A stretch of 63,706 nt of DNA, the filler included, from Octopus bimaculoides (lineage: Eukaryota): assembly GCF_001194135.2 (NCBI RefSeq). It is 6 parts of 5 records of this genome, joined end to end, with 100 filler letters (N's around TTAATTAATTAA, not from the genome) between each part and the next. Parts side by side here need not be neighbours in the genome. Positions count along the whole stretch, not along the records: positions 10,131 to 36,370 come from NC_068985.1; 5 more parts are not named here. One strand, 5' to 3'. Positions 11,352 through 23,949 of the stretch are shown piece after piece; position 1 is the first letter of the stretch; each line of letters opens with the position of its first letter. The notes under the pieces were generated by a model. It searched no databases. It was not told the DNA's origin and was given only the letters and a program-made list of their open reading frames with translations. The position numbers and the translations under genes were made by a program.

Positions 11352-12126
11352 NNNNNNNNNNNNNNNNNNNNNNNNNNNNNNNNNNNNNNNNNNNNNNNNN
11401 NNNNNNNNNNNNNNNNNNNNNNNNNNNNNNNNNNNNNNNNNNNNNNNNNNNNNNNNNNNNNNNNNNNNNNNNNNNNNNNNNNNNNNNNNNNNNNNNNNNN
11501 NNNNNNNNNNNNNNNNNNNNNNNNNNNNNNNNNNNNNNNNNNNNNNNNNNNNNNNNNNNNNNNNNNNNNNNNNNNNNNNNNNNNNNNNNNNNNNNNNNNN
11601 NNNNNNNNNNNNNNNNNNNNNNNNNNNNNNNNNNNNNNNNNNNNNNNNNNNNNNNNNNNNNNNNNNNNNNNNNNNNNNNNNNNNNNNNNNNNNNNNNNNN
11701 NNNNNNNNNNNNNNNNNNNNNNNNNNNNNNNNNNNNNNNNNNNNNNNNNNNNNNNNNNNNNNNNNNNNNNNNNNNNNNNNNNNNNNNNNNNNNNNNNNNN
11801 NNNNNNNNNNNNNNNNNNNNNNNNNNNNNNNNNNNNNNNNNNNNNNNNNNNNNNNNNNNNNNNNNNNNNNNNNTATAAGAATGTTACACACGAGCTGAAA
11901 CATACGAAATTATCTCCTTAAGCGCATTGTGTCCTTTAAATTCACCTGCAGCAACTGTAGAAATTCATTAGGAGTGCATCACTAGTAAAGGTCCCTGACA
12001 CTATGTTTATTTATCATATTGATATTTTTGTGTCCTACAAAATCTGGGACGATATTTCCGTAATTGTAATAGATCTTTCCTTCACCCTGCTGGTTTATCG
12101 CAACAATACCCAGAATGAAAATCAGA

Positions 12127-12662
12127 TAGGGGCAGGAGTGGCTGTGTCGTAAGTATAGGCGCAGGAGTGACTGTGTGGTAAGTATAGACGCAGGGCTGGC
12201 TGTGTGGTAAGTAGCTTGCTTACCAACCACATGGTTCCGGGTTCAGTCCCACTGCGTGGCATCTTGGGCAAGTGTCTTCTACTATAGCNNNNNNNNNNCC
12301 CACTGCGTGGCATCTTGGGCAAGTGTCTTCTACTATAGCCTCGGGCCGACCAAAGCCTTGTGAGTGGATTTGGTAGATGAAAACTGAAAGAAGTCCGTTG
12401 TATATATGTATGTATATATGTATATATATATATGTGTGTGTATGTTTGTGTGTCTGTGTTTGTCTCCCCAGCATCGCTTGACAACCGATGCTGGTGTGTT
12501 TACGTCTCCGTAACTTAGCGGTTCGGCTAAACAGACCGATAGAATAAGTACTAGGCTTCCAAAGAATAAGTCCTGGGCTCGATCTGCTCGACTAAAGGCG
12601 GTGCTCCAGCATGGCCGCAGTCAAAATGACTGAAACAAGTAAAACAGTAAAAGAGTAAAAGA
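12127..12662 (+). mobile_element. SINE family A, near full length, with triplicated 29-bp head
   Basis: A-box-like tggctgtgtggtaag, B-box-like ggttcagtcc, central (TA)/(TG) tract, and tail tgactgaaacaagtaaaacagtaaaagagtaaaagag. Confidence 0.9.
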
Positions 12663-12762
12663 GGGGTTTCTGCTTATTTAGTCACAGACGTCTAATTTTG
12701 ATACGCTGTACTCAGATACTAGAGAATCATATGCTCATATATTTAAGTATCTATGTATGTAT

Positions 12763-12869
12763 GTCATTTTTCAGTTTATTTCAACATTTTTTACCAATAG
12801 AGAAAGAATCGGTTTCTAACCTAGATCCAATGCTCTATTGGAATTTCAACATCAACAACGGGGTATTTT

Positions 12870-12870
<1 letters not shown>
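12763..12870 (-). repeat. Second copy of the ~110-bp (CATA)n-embedded element
   Basis: gtcatttttcagtttatttcaa...aatagagaaagaa.cggtttctaacctagatccaa...gaatttcaacatcaacaac between (ATGT)n tracts; reverse complement of 5411-5522. Confidence 0.75.
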
Positions 12871-12901
<31 letters not shown>

Positions 12902-13312
12902 TGTATGTATGTATGCATGTATGTATGTATGTATGTATGTTTGTATGTAAGTATGGATGGATGGATGGATGGATGTATATATGTATGTGTGTATGCATGT
13001 ATGTATGCATGCATGCATGCAAGTACATACGTATGTGGAAATTTGTATGTATGTATTCTCATGCATATAGTTGCATATCTAGACATGCTCATAATATTTA
13101 AATGGTAAGCTGGGAAGTTTTACAGAATTTTACATTTCCAGTGATGGATAGGATCTGTAGTCTTCAAATTAGCTTTCTCCTTTCTGGATTTCAGAAGTCT
13201 AATTTCTCAAGATTGGTCTTTAAGCAATGTGCTACCTATCACAGGGTCCCAATAATTACAGGTATAAACATGAAATTGTAATCTGGATAGATTAACTGCA
13301 TATTTCTCAATG

Positions 13313-13364
<52 letters not shown>

Positions 13365-13398
13365 CATTCATACATATACATACATATATATACAAACA

Positions 13399-13434
<36 letters not shown>

Positions 13435-14821
13435 TATATATANNNNNNNNNNNNNNNNNNNNNNNNNNNNNNNNNNNNNNNNNNNNNNNNNNNNNNNNNN
13501 NNNNNNNNNNNNNNNNNNNNNNNNNNNNNNNNNNNNNNNNNNNNNNNNNNNNNNNNNNNNNNNNNNNNNNNNNNNNNNNNNNNNNNNNNNNNNNNNNNNN
13601 NNNNNNNNNNNNNNNNNNNNNNNNNNNNNNNNNNNNNNNNNNNNNNNNNNNNNNNNNNNNNNNNNNNNNNNNNNNNNNNNNNNNNNNNNNNNNNNNNNNN
13701 NNNNNNNNNNNNNNNNNNNNNNNNNNNNNNNNNNNNNNNNNNNNNNNNNNNNNNNNNNNNNNNNNNNNNNNNNNNNNNNNNNNNNNNNNNNNNNNNNNNN
13801 NNNNNNNNNNNNNNNNNNNNNNNNNNNNNNNNNNNNNNNNNNNNNNNNNNNNNNNNNNNNNNNNNNNNNNNNNNNNNNNNNNNNNNNNNNNNNNNNNNNN
13901 NNNNNNNNNNNNNNNNNNNNNNNNNNNNNNNNNNNNNNNNNNNNNNNNNNNNNNNNNNNNNNTGTGTGTGTGTGTGTGTGTGTGTGTCTATGTATGTGTG
14001 CGTGTATTTGCGCATGTGTATGCATTAATATATACCTATGCATATTTATTGGCAACAATGCTCCGAGTTTCTTTAGGTAATGAATTTAGGAAAGCTTAGC
14101 TTCTTATGCATATGATACCCTAAGGTTATACATTAACGAGCAGAAAATGACCTGAGAATGAGGGAATGAGGTGAGGCAATATATATAATAATATAAAATG
14201 TCTCTTAAACTTACCACTTCTTCGAAACATTGATTAGGATGAACATTACCGGACGCCAACGAATACTCTGGTTCTTTGATATAAGACATCTGTTGAAGAT
14301 GAAATATTTTAAATAACATCAATCAACAGGTAATAAAACTATCTGGGAAAAACATTATTGACGTAAATCTTTTCATTAAAATAACGTTCCAATTATTTAA
14401 AAATCCCATTAAACATGTATTCAAAGCGATACGGCCCTATGGCATATATGGATAAAGCTTTTTGCGTATCCGCAGTCTTGTAACTTTTCTGGCACGTTTG
14501 CTTACCTGGGTAAGTGCAATGAAACATAATTAATTCGCTGTGACTTCAAGAATTCCTTCGTAAATTGTTTGGGATAAATTTTGAAGATAATATGTCTCCT
14601 TTTTTCAAGAATAGCTTGCAATATTAGTGAACAGTGAATAGCGTTGGAGAACATAAAGATTAAAATCTTAGTAAAGACAAAGCCATCTGACACAGGATTG
14701 CTGACCATCTGAATATTGGAAAAAAGTTATTTGTATCATGGGGATTCGCGCCATATATCAGAATGCCGACAACATGACTGCTCCTCAGTGAAGAATGTCG
14801 AAGTTATAAGACGTATCTTGG

Positions 14822-15243
14822 ACATCCTGAAAACCAAGTTTCCCCAGTCTCTTATGTTCCTTGGTTGTGTCTCCAGTGAGAGGGACGTCACGCCGCTGCA
14901 CGGCTTTGAACAAATTCTTAGGCTCAATAGAAACGACAACGTGAAACTGCTGTAGAATGTGGACAATCATTCACCAACCGCTTTGCCTACAACCCTATGG
15001 CCGGCTGGTGGCATAAATCAAGTAGATGTTCGAAGATCTCCCCAAGGAAACAGTGAGAACCGCATGCTCCAGGTTCTGAAGCTGTCTTGAGGCCGTGGTG
15101 GACGCAGAGGGGAGCTACTTTGAGTAAACTGTTATCGCCTAGTCGATATTTTTTGATTTCTTAAAATACTTTTATTTTTTGGCTGGGAGATTGCGTTTTC
15201 TTTACATTTTATGCAAACTGTCAAATTTAACTTGAACACCCTG
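14822..15243 (+). mobile_element. Tc1/mariner transposase fragment with internal deletion and right TIR
   Basis: KTKFPQSLMFLGCVSSERDVTPLHGFEQILRLN, then a C-terminal remnant coding ..EAVV.AEG.YFE* once frameshifts are allowed; ends ...ttgaacaccctg followed by TA. Confidence 0.75.
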
Positions 15244-15375
15244 TATAAATCAAAGTAATAACAAGTAAAACAAGTTCACATATTTCACATTTATGATAAC
15301 ATTTGCGAAAATGATGTTATAAAATACAAAAGATTATATTTTCCTAAAACAACAATATTGGTACACATTTCTGTC

Positions 15376-17820
15376 TAGGGTGTCAAATGGCTAATTTTAT
15401 TTTCTATTTTCGATGTCAAATGCACTCATACTATGGTCTAGAAACGAAGGCTGGACAAATAGCTCGGTCTAACACATATTGAATGTATTTAAATGGATGA
15501 AGAAAAAATAAATCCTATCATCACGGCAAAAACATTACATAACTGATTGCTAAATATTGTTTTCCGCTTTATAAATCTGAAATATAAATGCAGGCACCAG
15601 TTACATGAAACATTACATTCAAATACCGGTGTACACACCGAGATTTGTGAAAATTATAAGAAAGGTATTAGGGTGGAGTGTAAAAGGTACTTTTTACATA
15701 GATTTTTGAAATATGTTTTTGTGAATATATTTTTTATTGCAAAATCCTTTAAAAACAACTGTGCTGAAATCTGAAGTTCGTAAATTAACAGCCTCAAGCG
15801 CGGCAGCGCACTTAAGGTTTTGAATAATAAACGAAAAATCAATTTGTAGCATGTTTGCAGTTCCTCCTTTTATTTTTACATTCATTGTTACTAATTAATT
15901 AACCTTTACAAAATTCTTTAGAAACAAAACTGTTAAAATCACAAGCTCTAGAATTTATATCTTCAAGCTCCACAACGCACTTGAAATTTCAAAATTATGT
16001 TAAATAAATAGACTTTTCGACTTTGTTTTCTTTATTATTTTTAATATTAGGTAAACGAAAATATTTGTTACATGAGGGCTAGATTACACACACACTAGAA
16101 TAAAATTACGCGTAAACCAATTTTTGATTCTTGACTCATTTTGGTGATAAAATAAATAACATTTCCAATTTATTCGAAATAATTCTCTGTCACCAAATAA
16201 TACGAATCGCTGCCGTGCATTCCTTTTCGTTCCAGTAATAAAGTCAATTAATGTTTATCGTAGATGAGAATTAGCATCTGACTCTCCAGTAAAGAATGGA
16301 ACATTCAAAGATTTGTTGATTTGGAAATTCCTTAAACCACATAATCCTAATTGTTTGTTATGTTCAAAATAGATAAAACTAAACAATTCTAATTGATTAT
16401 TGCTGTATTACCTTTCAATTTGAAGTCCTCTTTTGTCTAGATCACCGGAATTTTTTCTCTTGATTCGATTCGACTCCTAATAAAACCGTCTCGACTGTTC
16501 TCACCACAAACGTTAGATGTTACTTCTCTCACGAGTTTTACACATCTCTCCACAGCTTGGGTGAGGCACGGTGATTTTTCCAGTTGCATCAAATGCCGCT
16601 ATTCAATGAAGGTATAGATTTCTGCATCGAAAAATGCTTGTATAAGAGGTGGTCAGTAACAATAGTGTTCTTCCAGTTAATTATGTCCATGTAGTTTGAG
16701 GCAGCTAAGTTTAGGGTAGGAATTTTGAAAGGTCGCACAGACTTCCCTTTATACTGTGTTCGAGCCTGCCTTATGCGCCTTCATGCTAGTTCTCGAATGT
16801 GTCTCGGTTCCTCGTTTATCATAGCCAGTAAAATATCTTCTGGGTGCGCGCCGAAAGCATGCCATTGTATAACTGGAAATAACATGTCTTGACCGCTTGG
16901 TCCATTTCTCTCGAAGACACATTTGTCTTGAACACATTTAGAGCCCTATTTTCTGAGGAAGAATTGCATTTAATTGTGAACTACATTGGTACAAACTTTC
17001 ATTATGCAAGCAACAATTAATTTCCTCGTATTAGAAGGATTCTTGGTGACAACAGCCAACCGTAGCATACGATTTGCAGTGGTAAACCTTCGAGAATGTG
17101 CTATTTTACAGGCTATTTCAGATGAAAAGTTTCCATTCAGAAATGATCAGTGCTTAGATCATTTCTGTCTACTGATGGAATCTGATTAAATTTCACAACA
17201 CTTAGTGCTTCAAATCGCCCCAGTCTCTTACCAATCGGCCCAAGAAATCCACGAGGCCCGGTAGTTTTTCTGTCGAGATCGTTAATAAGATGGCTTAAGG
17301 GAAGCTCATTTGCGTGGAGCTGATACACAAACCAATATAATGGCTTCTTCAATTTATCATCTAAATGTCTAAGGATGTGTCCTTTTGACCCTGTATTAGC
17401 TGCAGTACCATCGAAAACTACAGCTACCATGTGGTTGTATTGCAGAACCCGTTTTAACAGCAAAGTGCCCAAGATAGCGGAACTTAAGTTTCTTTATCAA
17501 TGAAAAATGTTCTTGAATTGTTTTCTTACGAAATATTTTCCCATTTGTTCACTTATGAGTGTTGTGACTCTCCTATCAAAATACACAGCAAACAGTGGTT
17601 TAAGCGGCCACCCTTCCTGCTGCAGGGATTTAAGTTTTCTGGATAGTTCCCGCCTTACATTTGTTCTGTCTATAACCAAAGAACATTCACCAGATCTACT
17701 TGCCGTTAAGTCGCTGATGACCGAACTTCTAAGAGCAGCAGCACAGTCTAAGAAAGGAAGGATGATATCTATTTTAATTTTTTATTTCGCTATGTTATTT
17801 CACCTCCAGTCACAATAACA
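15376..17820 (-). mobile_element. Decayed DNA transposon with DDE transposase, hAT-like (probably hATm group); one terminus at 15376
   Basis: Minus-strand pieces VIDRTNVRR..YFD; FDGTAANTGSKGHILRHLDDKLKKPLYW...LHANELPLSHL..LD.KTTGP.GF.GPIGK; RWLAVVTK.L; PCLTQAVERCVKLV...CGENSRDGFIRSRIESR. A TAGGGTG terminus lies at 15376. The superfamily label is from memory of these motifs. Confidence 0.7.
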
Positions 17821-18188
17821 TGTTATATGATTTAAAATTTCTTTTCTCTGCTAAGCACTTTAAATTTCTCTTTTTTACTCTACCTCTTTAACAAACTTTT
17901 TCAACCATGTAATTCCCCACTTCATGTCTTTAACAGTTCTCTCTTTCTCTTCATTTCTCACTTTCATTAACCACATGAGTGGTAGTATAATGCATCTACT
18001 GGCTTTCTTAGTCACTCTCACATTCCCTCTTCCTCTCTCTCACTCCACCTCCTCCTTCTCTCTAATGAACTAAATCTTAAAGTGTGAACGAACAGGTAGA
18101 AAAATAATATTATAGACTTAATTCAATGAAAAAATTCTTTTCACTATCAAAAATGCCCCACCAAAACAACAACGACGACCACCACCAC

Positions 18189-18324
18189 TATCATTGCTCT
18201 AGTTTTCAGTAACAAAGCTAATTTCATTTCATTGCTGTTGATGTATCTCTATTCTGTATCATTGCTCTAGTTTTCAGTAACAAAGCTCATTTCATTTCAT
18301 TGCTGTCGATGTATCTCTATTCTG
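18189..18324. repeat. 68-bp tandem duplication
   Basis: tatcattgctctagttttcagtaacaaagct...gatgtatctctattctg at 18189-18256 and 18257-18324, with 2 mismatches. Confidence 0.95.
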
Positions 18325-18974
18325 ACAATAGAAATGCTATCTGCCTCTCTCACTCTCTTAGTGTAATTGCCTCCCCTGTCTAGCATATCTCTTTCTCTTT
18401 ATCTTTCCCTCTCCACCCTACATCACGTCGTTAATTCTTCTCTCTCCCTCTTTTTTCTCACCGTCTTTTCTCTCGATTTTTGCCTATCTTCAACTAATAA
18501 CGTGACGCATTTAGCCTTATTATACATCTTTTTCTACTTCTTCCTCACTTCTTTCTTCTCTACTCACTTTTCTCCCCTCTCTCTCACTTTTACTCCACCA
18601 CTCACTCACTCCACCTCCACGTCTCTTATTAACTAAAGCATAACGGGCGAACGAACAAGCAGATTATTACATAGATTTACGGATAAAAGATAATCAAGAA
18701 TATTAAGTTGATGATGCGATTACAAATTTCACTTGTGTTTATAAGCTTAAAGGCAGCCTCTCACATCATATTCCCCTACAGGTGTAAACAGCGAATCACT
18801 AGTTTAGTCTCTAGCTTGTATCAACACCCAGATATTCTGCATGTATGTAACAGTCAACTGGATTCATGAAGAAAATACTGATCCTGGTTAAATGACTGAG
18901 TGGGCAGTTCATGGAGGCGATATGTGGTACGATGCGGGCACCATCTTATCCGATACGTAAGTAGCACTTACACA

Positions 18975-19140
18975 ATGATGGTGATGACGATGATGACGAT
19001 GAAGACAATGTAGATGCTGCTGCTGAGCATTGTGATGATGATGGTGAGGATGATGGAGATGCTGTTGATGATGACGACGATGTTGACGATGATGATGATA
19101 ATCATTAGGATTATGATAAACATGATGATGATGGCGGCGA
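18975..19140. repeat. Degenerate (GAT)n low-complexity tract
   Basis: Read directly from the sequence. Confidence 0.85.
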
Positions 19141-20999
19141 TGCTGTCAAATATGCTGTAGAAGGGATATCAATATAATAGAATCTACTCTGTATTTCTAA
19201 CATTAAAAAACATTGTAAGATCACATGCTAACTTGAATGATATACGGATGAAAATAGTCCAAGAAAAAAACAAATAAAACTGGATGGCCAAAAATCAACG
19301 TCTACCAAATATCTACTTATTCAATTCTCACTTCATAGTAAACGACAAAAGTCGTCCCGATTTTTGATGTGGAAATTTCATATTTCAATTGAATTCAAAT
19401 TTTCTAGCGTACAAAACATAGTGTTTTCTTTTTAAAAAATAACATGAATATTACGAGTTTTGCAGAAATGCAAAGCTTCTTTACATTGTTATAAATCAAT
19501 GAAAGATATAATATTTATAAAATATACTCAACTGGAAAGTTCTATTCAACTGTGTACTTTTTGATATCCGAAAACTATCGAAATGTGTAATAGATAATTG
19601 CCGATTCTGATCCTACAGAACAAAAATAAATATATATATATATGATACAAAATTTTCTCATTTATGACGTCATTTGCTTTGGAATATAATTAATAAGACA
19701 TTACACTTTTGCAATAAAATACACTCATAACTACGATTATGCGAAAAACGACTAAATGTTATATAAATTAATAAATGGTGAAATAAATCACCAATATTCA
19801 TTGAAAGATAAATAGTTATTTGACCAAAGTTGAAAAAGTTTTAGTAGTGAGCATCCCAACTTACTTGAAGCATATTTATCATAAAATGACTCCAAACTTT
19901 TTACAGCTATTAATCTATGCTTTTTCGAGGTACATAGCTACTTCTATTAGAACTACCAACTGAATTTTATTATTGTTTGTATATCATTACTATCTCTAAT
20001 ATACAAACAAAATATATTATAAATTATTTCTCATTGACGATTTCTAAGTGGTCAAGCACATTTATTGCTCAACCCAACAAAATGTTGGCTCGAGCTCAAA
20101 CGAGTCTTGACTATAATTCCGTAACCTAATCGCGCATTAAAAATATCGATTTTTTTCAATTTTTAATTCCCATTAACTTTCTTAAACTTGGTTAAAACTA
20201 CATACACTTAATATATTCATTGTATTATATAAAATTTATTTTCATATAAGTTTTATAGCATAATAATTAATAATTATAATAATAATCATAAAATTTTTTT
20301 AACATTATTTACTCAAGAACCTCTTCATATTCACATTCCGATCGGCTATCTATTTTACTCTTACTTATCCTCTCTCACTCTTCTCTCTATATTTATTTAC
20401 TCTCTCTTCTACTTATTCTTTCCCCCTTTCTCTCAATCATCCCCTCTATATTTCTGTCTGTCCGTCTGTCGCTTTGTCTGTGTCTTCTGTTTGCTTTTCT
20501 CTCTTCCATCCTTCCACTCTCTATTTTTGTTTACTCGCTTTTCAACTTAATCTCCTTCACTTTCTGTCAATTCTCTGTCAATCCTCCTGTCTATCTATGT
20601 GTCCTCCCCTCTCTATATATATCTGTCTATCGGTCTGTCGGTCTGTCTGTCTCTCTATCTCTATTTCTGTCTTTCTCTGTATTTTCGCTTGCATTTCCCT
20701 CTGACACTCTTCCTCCTCCTACTGCTGAACTCCTCTCTTCCTCTCTTACTTTCCTCTACCTACCAAATATGCTTTACTACCCTTTCTTTCCAGTCTACTC
20801 TGCCTAATAATCTCTACGTCACAACATTAGAGAAGTTAAATCGGCCACCTGGTCATGTCTCCATTCTGGTTATGCTTTGTCTCTTCTTTCCGGTGATCAT
20901 CGCCAGGTCAAATTTAATTAACACCATGTCCGAATTCTCATTAATTCATTAAATTAGTATTTGTCTTTCTTTTTACTGGGCTCCAGGGTAACCTGAATA

Positions 21000-21265
21000 G
21001 CCTGAACAGAGGGAGGTACAGATTTTAGTATGTGAGACAAAGTGGTCGCTCGATCTGTTAGAAATAGCACCCAGATTGCCCTCAAATCACTTCCTACTAT
21101 CTCTTTATAAAATTTAATTGAAATGAAATAACAAGCCTAAATGATAATCATAAAATAAAAATTAAAAATCAGTGGTGGCCTTTCCCCCATAAAAACACAA
21201 ACAATCACCTAAACGTGGTGTGGAGGTGAACCAGAAATTGGGCTAAGGATGGCTATGATATTTGA
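21000..21265 (-). repeat. Interspersed repeat family F; other copies at ~44180-44560, ~45610-45780, 53399-53949 and ~55610-55830
   Basis: Shared motifs tgttgctgtttagccc.aggtcag.cctgatc...gacctatgatcaaa and gatttgagggagatttggctgctattt.tagcag.tcga.cgaccac. Confidence 0.6.
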
Positions 21266-21289
21266 ATGATAATCTAAATAATATATGAT

Positions 21290-22195
21290 ATAATATAATC
21301 TTAGAAGACAGGAAATTTAAATGCTAAAATTTGCTGTTTTACAGAAAAAGTGTTCAATAAAATGTTCAAATTTTAAATTTTGCTAAAACAAAATTGTTTT
21401 ACAGAAAAAGGTTTAATAAAAGGTTGAACCTTCAAAATTTAGAAAGTAGAATCGAAAAAATAAATTTCAATTGGCATTTTGGTGCACTGTTTGAAATGCT
21501 CATCTAATTAACAAAGACATCTTATTTCTAAAAGCGGGGAAATGACACCACTTCAACCACTCTTTATTAGGAAATGAAGATCAGCTTTATCATTTCTTTT
21601 AGAAGCACAAGTAGAAGCATTTGATGGGGATTAAGGACAGAAGGAGACACTTAACGGACTGGAAGAGAGAAGAGAAAAAGGAGGGGAGGAGGAGAGGAGA
21701 AATATGACACAAAGATAGGTCTAGGTAGGAGGATAATGAGCTGTTCGAAGAGGAAAGATGGAAGAAGTTGAATAATTGAATGAAGAAGAGAAAAGGAAAA
21801 GAAGAAAGAAGAGAGAAAAAGAAAAGTAGAAGAGGGAGAAGAAGCATGAACGAGAGATAGGTCTGGGAAGAATCATGATGACTAAGATAAAGAGAAAGAA
21901 TTGGAAAATGGAGTGGAGGGTTAAAGGGAAAAGAAAGAGGAGGAAGAGAAGAGAAGAGTTTATTGTTAAATCTTTTTTCAAAAATTGCAACAAAACGCCA
22001 ATTAATTTTGTTTTTATTTTTTCGATTCTAGTTTCTAACTTTTACGGGTTGAACTTTTTATTAAACATTTTTTTGTTTTTGTAAAATGACTATTCTTTAG
22101 AAAAATTTAAAGTTTCGACATTTTATTGAACCTTTTTGAACAGATTTGTTTTTCCATTTAAATATACATATTTCTTAAGATATACATTTCCGATA
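21290..22195. mobile_element. Foldback element with ~210-bp diverged inverted arms around a purine-rich core
   Basis: 21290-21505 (gttcaataaaatgt..aaa.tttaaattt..ctaaa...gtttaataaaa.gtt.aacc...tagaatcgaaaaaataaa...aattggc.ttt) is the reverse complement of ~21965-22195. Confidence 0.7.
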
Positions 22196-23949
22196 TTGAA
22201 GTCTTATTACCTTTGCAAAACATTTTTTTTTAGTCTGAATATCTTTGAATTCTTACATTAGGTTAACTAATCAGGTCGAGAGCATACAGTTCTCTGTGAC
22301 CACAAGTAAATGCAATTTAACAAACAGACATAAACTTTGCAGCATTACAAACAACTGTTCATTCTATTTAGAGAAATTCGGAGGTATCAGTATTATGTCC
22401 ATGACATCAATCAAGACATCAAGGGTTTCAGAGAACGTCCTCACATAGATTCCTCAAATTTCTTCACCAAAACCCTGTAAAGTTCATATATATATTAAGT
22501 GAAAATCACACACTCCAGATTTGATGTCTCTTTTCTCTACCGCAAGTTTGGCCTTTTCCTACAAATGAATAAAAACACAGAGTTTGCAAATTCTTCCGCC
22601 GCAAATTCTTCCACATTACCATCAATATGAATGGATCGTCAATTGAAATATGTATCAAACTTATACCAGTTGAAAATCACGTGTCCATGAATACCACACT
22701 CTGATCTCTGCCGTCTTAGCATTGATCTCAATATTTAAACGTGCATGAATGAAACATTATCGGTTACTTTGATTACCCCATAACCATTATATCCATATCA
22801 CCCTACTCCAAATCAACATATACAAATCAACAATTCCATTATTTAACTTCACTACTTAGAAGGTGATCCATATTAATAGAGTTTTATAGTAAACCGTTGT
22901 ATCAAACTCTGCTCTCTTCAAATTCTAATGCAATGTAAATAGAACTACTTGGTGGCCACAAATCTGGTTGGCAGTTGGCGGTAAATAGTTTCTGAATGTA
23001 GAAGTGTTTACCCTCAACACTCACCTGAATTTTATTATTCATCCATATAACTCATTCGGATACCCCATATCTTCTTACCCCAAATTGCCAAGATCGCTAT
23101 GAATATCTCCGCTCGATGGTGTGAACCTATTACGAGCGTCTGCATACTTTGTAGGATAATCTTTCCGGAGGGAAATAATATAACATATAACACCAGCTGG
23201 AAAGAGAGCCGAGACTTGTACCCAATGCGAAATGCCAGTGTTTTAAATGTAGACTCTATAGAATAATTGCGACACAAATATTTAAAGTAATAGGAAATGC
23301 TGATTAGGTACACACTAACGTCTTTTAAACAGCGGCAGTAGTGTTTCCTTGCGACAAGCATACGTTTGTATTACGTATTATTGAGCTAGGAACATTCTCT
23401 GAACTGTATAGATCATTTTTATATCAACGATAACTAGTTCATGCTCATGTTTCATGCTTATGTGTCGTGCTACATAATAACTTTCTGCCCTTCGTAAATA
23501 TTCCTTAAGTCCAACCTGATATATTTCTTTGAGAGTCAAACCTTTAATGCAAAAGGAGAGTGCCATATACACCGCATTGCTCAGTCAGTTCCACAAGAAA
23601 TTAATGTCTGATTCACATTGTGCGACGAACACTTTTGAGAAGCTCGTCTGTTTGTATGTTTAACTCAAAGGGACAGGCTTGTAATACCATGTGATTTGAG
23701 TCGTTCTTTACTGAACAGCAATATGTTTGTTTGTTAAGCTTTGTCTCTTAATATAGCGTTCAAAATATATAAAAGTAATATACTATGACTGATTTAACTG
23801 TTAACGTCGTTGTGCTTACTAGTTATGATGCATTAATAGAATATATATGAATCGTATAAATAACACGAAGATGGAGTTTACACTATAAACAGTTGCTGGT
23901 TGAAAAATTAATGTAAACAAAATATAATGTAAATACGAGTCAACCTACA

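Noticed and set aside
12249-12340. Exact 40-bp duplication around a 10-N gap; similar case at ~54885-54980
   Set aside because: Identical sequence on both sides of a tiny gap indicates an unmerged contig overlap.
14501-14514. Palindromic cttacctgggtaag giving splice donors on both strands
   Set aside because: No supportable plus-strand exon upstream; probably coincidence.
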